Source: a bacterium (lineage in GTDB: Bacteria; Oederibacteriota; CAKKQC01). From it: DNA of 64,000 nucleotides. The notes beneath the pieces are model-generated. The model saw nothing but the letters and a program-made list of their open reading frames with translations, was not told the DNA's origin and searched no databases. A program made the translations under genes and the position numbers. Where the stretch lies: NCBI GenBank assembly GCA_919901855.1, contig CAKKQC010000041.1, positions 5,088-69,087 of the forward strand, read 5' to 3'. Positions 59,042 through 64,000 of the stretch are shown piece after piece. Every line of letters begins with the position of its first letter. The first letter of the stretch is position 1.

Positions 59042-59518
59042 GTGACGGGTAACGAGGAAACATTCGCGCTCGCCCGCGAGGGCGATGCCGAGGCCTACCG
59101 CGAGGTCGTGCTCGCCCACCACGCGCCCCTGTACCGCTGGGTGGCCGCCGAGCTGCTCGATCCCGAGGCGGCCCGGGCAATCGTCGAGGACCTCTTCGTC
59201 CGGGGCTGGGAACGCCTGCGGTCCTTCCCGCGCGAGGACGCCTTCGTGGCCTGGGTGTTCCGGACGGCCCGGACCCTGGCCGCCGAACGGACCCGGGCGC
59301 GGCGCCGCGGCGCCGCGCGGCATTCGGCGAGCCAGTGGCGCGAGGAGCCGTTCAATGTCGCCCTCGCGGTCCTGCCCGAGGGCCAGCGCGCCGCACTCGT
59401 CCTGCGCGAGTGGGGCGGTCTCCCGTACGAGGAGATCGCCGTCCGCCTCGGCGCCAGCGAGGCTGCGGTCCGGTCCCGGCTCTCGCTCGCCCGCGAAGCC
59501 ATCCTGAGGCGGCTCTGA
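59042..59518 (+). CDS. ECF-type sigma-70 family RNA polymerase sigma factor
   Basis: Region-2-like EAYREVVLAHHAPLYRWV and region-4 HTH LPEGQRAALVLREWGGLPYEEIAVRLGASEAAVRSRLSLAR. Confidence 0.85.
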   Translation: MTGNEETFALAREGDAEAYREVVLAHHAPLYRWVAAELLDPEAARAIVEDLFVRGWERLRSFPREDAFVAWVFRTARTLAAERTRARRRGAARHSASQWREEPFNVALAVLPEGQRAALVLREWGGLPYEEIAVRLGASEAAVRSRLSLAREAILRRL

Positions 59519-59519
59519 G

Positions 59520-60779
59520 ATGAAGCGGCACCTGACCCTCGAGGAGATCTCGGCCTGGTTCGACGGCGAGATCGAGCTCGGCGACCCCGAGCACAAGCAC
59601 CTGCGGGAGTGCCCGGAGTGCGGCTCGGTCCTCGACGGACACGCGCGGCTGCGCCGGCTCGCGCGCCAGGCGATCCCGCCCGTCCACGCTGAGGCGATCT
59701 GGAAGGCCGTCTCGGCCCGGCTCACGCCCGCCCCGTCCCCGGTCGTCGACCGCGGCGTCCCCGCCTCCCGGGCCCTCGTCGTCCGCCGCGGCGCGGAGCC
59801 GGCCGCGGGAGGGCGGCGCGCGACGGGCCGGCGTGTCCGCGTGTGGGTCGCGCGCGCGACCCCGTTTCTCGCGGCGGTCGGCGCGGTAGCCGCGATCCTC
59901 CTCGTGGTCCCGCGTACGCCGCGTCACGCCCCCCCGGCGGCCCCGGCCCCCGCGCCCCGGCCTCCGGCCCCTGTAACCCGGCAGTCGCCGGTGACCGCGC
60001 CGGGCCCCACCGGCTCCGCTTCGCCCCGGGAAGTCGCCGCGAGCCTCCGCACCGCCCAGGCCCGCCTCGGCCGCATCACGTTCGAGCTTGGCAAAGTCAC
60101 GCTCGACGGCGCGTCGGAGCCCGCGCTCCGCGAGGTCGCCGCGATCCTCGGCCGCGCCCCGGACGCGCGCGTGGTAGTCGAGGGGCACACGGACGACACC
60201 GGGAGCGCGGCCTGGAACATGAAGATGTCGCAGGCGCGGGCCGAAGCCGTCGTCCGGTGGCTCGTGGATCGCGGCGGAATCGCCTCCCGCCGGCTGACCG
60301 CGAAAGGCCGGGGCGGGACCCGGCCGGTCGCGGACAATGCCACCGAGGCCGGCCAGGCCGCCAACCGCCGGGTCGAGTTTTCTGTCGTCGGTATTCCCGA
60401 AACTGGCGGTACCGAATCATCGAAGCCGGTCATCCGAAGGAAGCCTGCCGTCGCGGCGGCGGAGCCAGTGCACCCGCAGGCCCAACGCCGGTCGGAGCCC
60501 GCCGTCGCGGCTGTTGCGCCACGGCAGACGTATACGGGCACTCGGTTCGTGCTGTCGGCCGACCGGTTCACGACGTCTGGTCCCGAACTCATCAGCGCTG
60601 CGGGACATGTCCGGATCGAGCCCGTGACCCCCGGCGAGCCGTATGTCGCCGTCGTCGACGGATTCAGCCGGACGCTCACGGGCCCGGCCACGGGTGTCGT
60701 CGGCGAAGTCGTGAATCCCGGCGAGCACCTGATCCTGCACACGGGAGCAAAGGGCACTCCCGTCCACCCGGTGCCGTAG
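59520..60779 (+). CDS. anti-sigma factor (zf-HC2) with TM helix, periplasmic OmpA-like domain and extra C-terminal region
   Basis: It starts 1 nt after the sigma gene stop. HLRECPECG is the HxxxCxxC motif. TM helix FLAAVGAVAAILLVV. VVVEGHTDDTGSAAWNMKMSQARAEAV...ANRRVEF is the OmpA C-like motif. Confidence 0.8.
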   Translation: MKRHLTLEEISAWFDGEIELGDPEHKHLRECPECGSVLDGHARLRRLARQAIPPVHAEAIWKAVSARLTPAPSPVVDRGVPASRALVVRRGAEPAAGGRRATGRRVRVWVARATPFLAAVGAVAAILLVVPRTPRHAPPAAPAPAPRPPAPVTRQSPVTAPGPTGSASPREVAASLRTAQARLGRITFELGKVTLDGASEPALREVAAILGRAPDARVVVEGHTDDTGSAAWNMKMSQARAEAVVRWLVDRGGIASRRLTAKGRGGTRPVADNATEAGQAANRRVEFSVVGIPETGGTESSKPVIRRKPAVAAAEPVHPQAQRRSEPAVAAVAPRQTYTGTRFVLSADRFTTSGPELISAAGHVRIEPVTPGEPYVAVVDGFSRTLTGPATGVVGEVVNPGEHLILHTGAKGTPVHPVP

Positions 60780-60837
60780 GGCCGTATACGTGCCACTCCG
60801 CCTGCGGCCGCCCCGCCGGACCGCCCCGCTCCGGCTG

Positions 60838-61371
60838 ATGAAGAAGTTCCGGTTCCAGCTCCTCTCCGAGTGGATCGCGGGACACCTGGCTCCATGCCGG
60901 GTCGCCGACATCGGGGGGGGCAAGGGCCTGCTCGCCTACCTGCTCGACGCCCGCGGGTTCGCCGCAACCGTGGTCGACCCGCTCGACCAGCCGCTGCCGC
61001 CGAAGTACAAGGACCTCGCGGGCGTACGGCACGCCCTGCCGGCCGGAGCCGCCGTCCGGCGGATCTCGAAGGCCTTCGATCCCGCGATGGCCGCGGATTA
61101 CGACCTCCTGGTCGGACTGCATGCCCATGGATCGAACATGAAAATCCTCGAGGCGGCGGCCCGGTATGGGGCCGGGTTCATCCTCCTGCCCTGCTGCGTC
61201 ATCGACGAGCCGATCGAGATCCGTCCGAACGTGGACTGGTTCGAGTCCCTGATAGAGCGCGCCCGCGCGCTCGGGTTCGATATCGGTAGATTCGAACTGA
61301 ACTTCCGCGGCCAGTGCCGGGGCTTCTTCGCCACCGGTACGCGGGCCCGGATCCGGGAAGCAGCCGACTGA
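60838..61371 (+). CDS. SAM-dependent methyltransferase-like protein
   Basis: VADIGGGKGLLAYLLDARGFAATVVDP resembles motif I. ATG 60838 was chosen over GTG 60790. Start uncertain. Confidence 0.65.
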   Translation: MKKFRFQLLSEWIAGHLAPCRVADIGGGKGLLAYLLDARGFAATVVDPLDQPLPPKYKDLAGVRHALPAGAAVRRISKAFDPAMAADYDLLVGLHAHGSNMKILEAAARYGAGFILLPCCVIDEPIEIRPNVDWFESLIERARALGFDIGRFELNFRGQCRGFFATGTRARIREAAD

Positions 61372-63089
61372 TGCGCGTCTCTATGGCACTCGGCGGACGC
61401 TGGCGGTTCATGCCGGATCTCCGGGACTTGGGGATCGCCGCGGGCTGGCACCGGCCGCGGACCGCGGACGGGGACTGGCTCGCCGTGCCCGTCGGCCGGC
61501 CGTGGGACACCTACGGCGAGGCCTTCCGCGGCTACGAGGATGTCGCGTGGTTCCGGCGCGCGTTCGCCTGGAACCGCGCGCGCCCGGCGATAGCCCGGCT
61601 CGAGTTCGCGGGCGCCGGTCATCACGCCGACGTCTGGTTGAACGGCCGGCGGATCGGCTCCCACGACGGCGGCTACGTCCCGTTCGCCCTCGACGTGGCG
61701 CCGGCCCTGCGGCGCGGCCGCAACGTCCTCGCCATCCGGATCCGGCACGTCTTCGGCGGGGAGACGACCCCGATCCGGAACACGGACTGGTGGAAGTACG
61801 GCGGCATCACGCGGCCCGTGACCCTCGTTGCGAACGACGGTCCCCTGATCGCGCGCTCTACCGTCACGACACAGGGGGTCGCTTCGACCCCGCTGATCGT
61901 GGCGCGGGGCCGGATCGCCTCCCCCGCGCCCGGTCTCACCATGGTCGCCACGGTTCGCGCGGCGAACGGACGCACCGTAGAGTCGGCACCCGAACCGGTC
62001 GACCCGTCCGGCGCTTTCCGGATCGCCCTGCCGGGCCGCGGCTTCCCCCTCTGGTCCCCGGAAAGCCCCCGGCTGGTCCATATGACCCTCACGCTCCGGG
62101 ACCGGCGGGGGCGAGTCGTGGACCGCGTCGGCCGGCGGTTCGGGATCCGGGTGCTGTCGTGGGCGGGCGGCGTCCTGCGGCTCAACGGCCGGCGGCTGGT
62201 CCTGCGCGGCGTCAACCAGGTCGAGGAGTACCCGGCGTGGACCTGCTCCCCGGGCCGCTCCGCGATGCGGGCCCGGATCCGGGACCTCACGCGGAACCTG
62301 CACGCGAACTTCTTCCGCACCGCCCACTACCCGCACCAACCGGACTTCCTCGACCTCTGCGACGAGGAGGGGCTCCTCACGTGCGGCGAGATCCCGTTCT
62401 GCTACCAGCCCGAGGCTCCCGGGACGACCGCGGCCGGGCGGGTGGCCCTCGACGAGCTGGTCTGGCGGGACGCCCACCACCCGAGCGTGATCTGGTGGTC
62501 AACGGGCAACGAGCGTCCGGTCGAGGACCCCAAGGTCGCCGCCGGCGTCGTGGCCCTGATCCGGCACGCGAAGACGCTCGACGACAGCCGGCCCGTGACC
62601 TGCGTCTCGAACCGCGGACTCGGCGACCGGTCCCTGCCCGCCCACGACCTCCTCGCCCTCAACATGTACGTCGGCGTCTGGGGCGGCACGACGCCCCTGG
62701 CCGCGCAGGGCCTCCGGCGGCACGCGGCGCACGAGCTCGCAGCGGCACTGGTTGCCGTACGCCGGCGGTTCCCGGACAAGCCGCTCGTCATCAGCGAGTT
62801 CGGTGCCCCCGCGTTCCCGCTCCCGGGCGGCGTTTTCGGGGGACTGCGCTGGCAGGCCGAGTACCTCCGGATCCACCTCGAGGTCTTCGCCCGGACGCGC
62901 TGGCTATCGGGCTGCGTCGCGTGGTGCTACGCCGACCAGCGCGTGGGCTCCTACGGCCGCTACCCGGTCGGGTACCTCGGAACCCCCCAGCTCGAGGTAT
63001 TCGGGCTCAAGACGATCCACGGCGCCCCCAAGCCCGCGTGGCGGGTGGTGGCCCGGGCCTACCGGCGCCTCGCCCGCCGTCGGGCCTGA
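61371..63089 (+). CDS. GH2 family glycoside hydrolase (beta-glucuronidase/beta-galactosidase-like)
   Basis: WRFMPD, LEFAGAGHHADVWLNGRRIGSHDGGYVPF, FFRTAHYPHQPDFLDLCDEEGLL, WSTGNE (acid/base) and ISEFG (nucleophile) are present. The ATG overlaps the upstream TGA by 1 nt. Confidence 0.9.
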   Translation: MRVSMALGGRWRFMPDLRDLGIAAGWHRPRTADGDWLAVPVGRPWDTYGEAFRGYEDVAWFRRAFAWNRARPAIARLEFAGAGHHADVWLNGRRIGSHDGGYVPFALDVAPALRRGRNVLAIRIRHVFGGETTPIRNTDWWKYGGITRPVTLVANDGPLIARSTVTTQGVASTPLIVARGRIASPAPGLTMVATVRAANGRTVESAPEPVDPSGAFRIALPGRGFPLWSPESPRLVHMTLTLRDRRGRVVDRVGRRFGIRVLSWAGGVLRLNGRRLVLRGVNQVEEYPAWTCSPGRSAMRARIRDLTRNLHANFFRTAHYPHQPDFLDLCDEEGLLTCGEIPFCYQPEAPGTTAAGRVALDELVWRDAHHPSVIWWSTGNERPVEDPKVAAGVVALIRHAKTLDDSRPVTCVSNRGLGDRSLPAHDLLALNMYVGVWGGTTPLAAQGLRRHAAHELAAALVAVRRRFPDKPLVISEFGAPAFPLPGGVFGGLRWQAEYLRIHLEVFARTRWLSGCVAWCYADQRVGSYGRYPVGYLGTPQLEVFGLKTIHGAPKPAWRVVARAYRRLARRRA

Positions 63090-63127
63090 CGGACTCCGGG
63101 AGCCGCGCAGACCGGCCATCCATCCCG

Positions 63128-63133
63128 TATACT
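63128..63133 (+). promoter_or_regulatory. -10-like TATACT, 14 nt upstream of ATG 63148, with GGAG in between (short leader)
   Basis: Same hexamer as the leaderless cases, but here it is followed by a Shine-Dalgarno-like GGAG. Confidence 0.3.
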
Positions 63134-63147
63134 GGCGGCAGGAGCTC

Positions 63148-63912
63148 ATGGACACGATCACGTGCCCGTTCTGTCAGTATAAGTGCAAGCCGACGGCCGT
63201 TCTCTGTCCGTCCTGCGGGCTGACGTTCCAGCGCTGGATCGAGGCCAATCCCGGGAAGAGCATCGAGGGATTCAACCCGCCCGCCGACGTCCCGGCACCT
63301 CCTCCCGCCGCGGTTGAGCCTGCCGCCTCGACTGGACCGGCTGCGTCAGAACCCGCCGTTCCGACCGCGACGGAACCTGCCGTCGCGGCGGCGGATCAGG
63401 TGCCGCCACAAGCCCAAAGCCGGTCGGAACCCGCCGTCGCAACTGCCTCACCTCTCCCGGGGTCGGTGGCGGCCCAACGGCGGCCGCCGCCCGGGATGAA
63501 ACCCGAGCTCGATCCCAAGGCCAAGGCCCTGATCGAGCTCTACAAGACCGAAGCCACCTTCCGCACGAACCGCGGCGACGCCGAAAAGGCCCCGGGACGG
63601 GCCGGACTCCTCCTCATCGCCATGGCGGTCGTGAACATCGTCTTCGGCCTCATCCTCGCGACCCAGCGGTTCCCAGGCGACTCCCTCGCGTTCGTGAGCG
63701 CCTTCTTCGGCGCCATCGCCTTCTTCTTCAGTGCCATCGGGGCATTCCAGGCGCGGCGGCAGTTCGTGGTGGCCGGCATCGTGATGGCGGTGGTCGACAT
63801 TGCGATCTGCGGTTCGGTCTACGGCAAGCTCGGCGGAAGCCTGCATAACGCTATCGGACTCAAGTTCATCATGCTCGCCTTTCTCGCCAAACTCATGCTC
63901 GACATCGGCTAA
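63148..63912 (+). CDS. zinc-ribbon / Pro-Ala-rich linker / 3-4 TM membrane protein, function unknown
   Basis: CPFCQYKCKPTAVLCPSCG forms two CxxC pairs. A long P/A/E linker follows, then hydrophobic helices LLLIAMAVVNIVFGLIL etc. Confidence 0.7.
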   Translation: MDTITCPFCQYKCKPTAVLCPSCGLTFQRWIEANPGKSIEGFNPPADVPAPPPAAVEPAASTGPAASEPAVPTATEPAVAAADQVPPQAQSRSEPAVATASPLPGSVAAQRRPPPGMKPELDPKAKALIELYKTEATFRTNRGDAEKAPGRAGLLLIAMAVVNIVFGLILATQRFPGDSLAFVSAFFGAIAFFFSAIGAFQARRQFVVAGIVMAVVDIAICGSVYGKLGGSLHNAIGLKFIMLAFLAKLMLDIG

Positions 63913-63943
63913 CCCCGGCACCGCGCCGGCAGGAGGGCTTTCC

Positions 63944-64000
63944 ATTGCTCAAGATCGGACTCTACAGCATCACGTACATGGGCGTCTGGTACCGGGGCCC
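63944..64000 (+). CDS. start of a sugar phosphate isomerase/epimerase-like gene (runs off the window)
   Basis: AGGAGG at 63930-63935, then 8 nt, then TTG. LLKIGLYSITYMGVWYRG resembles the N-terminus of xylose-isomerase-fold proteins. Only 19 codons are visible. Confidence 0.4.
   Translation, partial: MAQDRTLQHHVHGRLVPGP

Noticed and set aside
60441-63445. Diversity-generating retroelement (template/variable repeat pair) as an explanation for the 73-nt shared segment.
   Set aside because: The mismatches are not restricted to adenine positions of one copy. Only 8 of 13 differences have A in the 63373 copy, and 3 have A in the other. No reverse transcriptase is in the window, and the segment encodes a P/A-rich linker rather than a ligand-binding fold.
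1-64000. tRNA, rRNA, tmRNA, riboswitch or other structured RNA genes.
   Set aside because: Intergenic gaps are mostly under 100 nt, and the few larger ones (10170-10262, 11637-11804, 13928-14050, 22020-22177) are explained by promoters or repeat remnants. I saw no cloverleaf-like or rRNA-like sequence. This was checked only by eye, so it is not exhaustive.

Overview
This is a high-G+C bacterial chromosomal segment; hand-counted 60-nt samples in ordinary genes give about 70-77% G+C. It is almost entirely coding. I support about 56 protein-coding genes. I recognised no rRNA, tRNA, CRISPR array, transposase or integrase. Most of the very long ORFs in the six-frame track are Arg/Pro/Gly/Ala-rich shadow ORFs typical of high-G+C DNA, and I discarded them.

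Gene content falls into four groups.
(1) Many glycan-processing genes: two GH2-like, two DUF4091-type, one GH5-like, GH18, GH78, GHL10, a CE4 deacetylase, an HGSNAT-like membrane acetyltransferase and a GT-C-like membrane protein. The group also includes xylose-isomerase-fold sugar phosphate isomerases, a Gfo/Idh/MocA oxidoreductase and four aldo/keto reductases.
(2) hemE-hemH-hemY, followed by a CydA-like membrane protein fused to a c-type cytochrome domain, plus a polytopic partner.
(3) An ECF sigma/anti-sigma pair, a DEAD-box helicase, thiol-redox proteins, a BamE-like lipoprotein, a CHASE2-only protein, a Sel1/Hcp-like Cys-rich repeat protein and an AAC(3)-type acetyltransferase.
(4) Three small lower-G+C accessory inserts, all toxin-antitoxin-like.

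Main leads:
(a) A 2.75-kb low-G+C islet (49951-52702) carries an AbiE-like pair. The nucleotidyltransferase partner has an extra ~245-aa C-terminal domain that I could not assign. The AbiEi-like partner has an extra PD-(D/E)xK-like N-terminal module. This is my best candidate for an undescribed system variant.
(b) Two minimal TA cassettes (DUF4258/YgiT zinc finger, and DUF433/DUF5615) are each bracketed by diverged direct repeats that duplicate the 3' end of the gene on their left. This is an att-like footprint with no recombinase in the window.
(c) A TAnnnT hexamer lies 6-9 nt upstream of the start codon of at least 14 operon-first genes, which implies widespread leaderless mRNAs and helped me choose starts.
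(d) HemE carries a HemD-like half-domain at its N-terminus.

Limits: all family calls come from recognising motifs by eye. Identity percentages and G+C values are hand counts on short stretches. No database search, folding or statistics were run.
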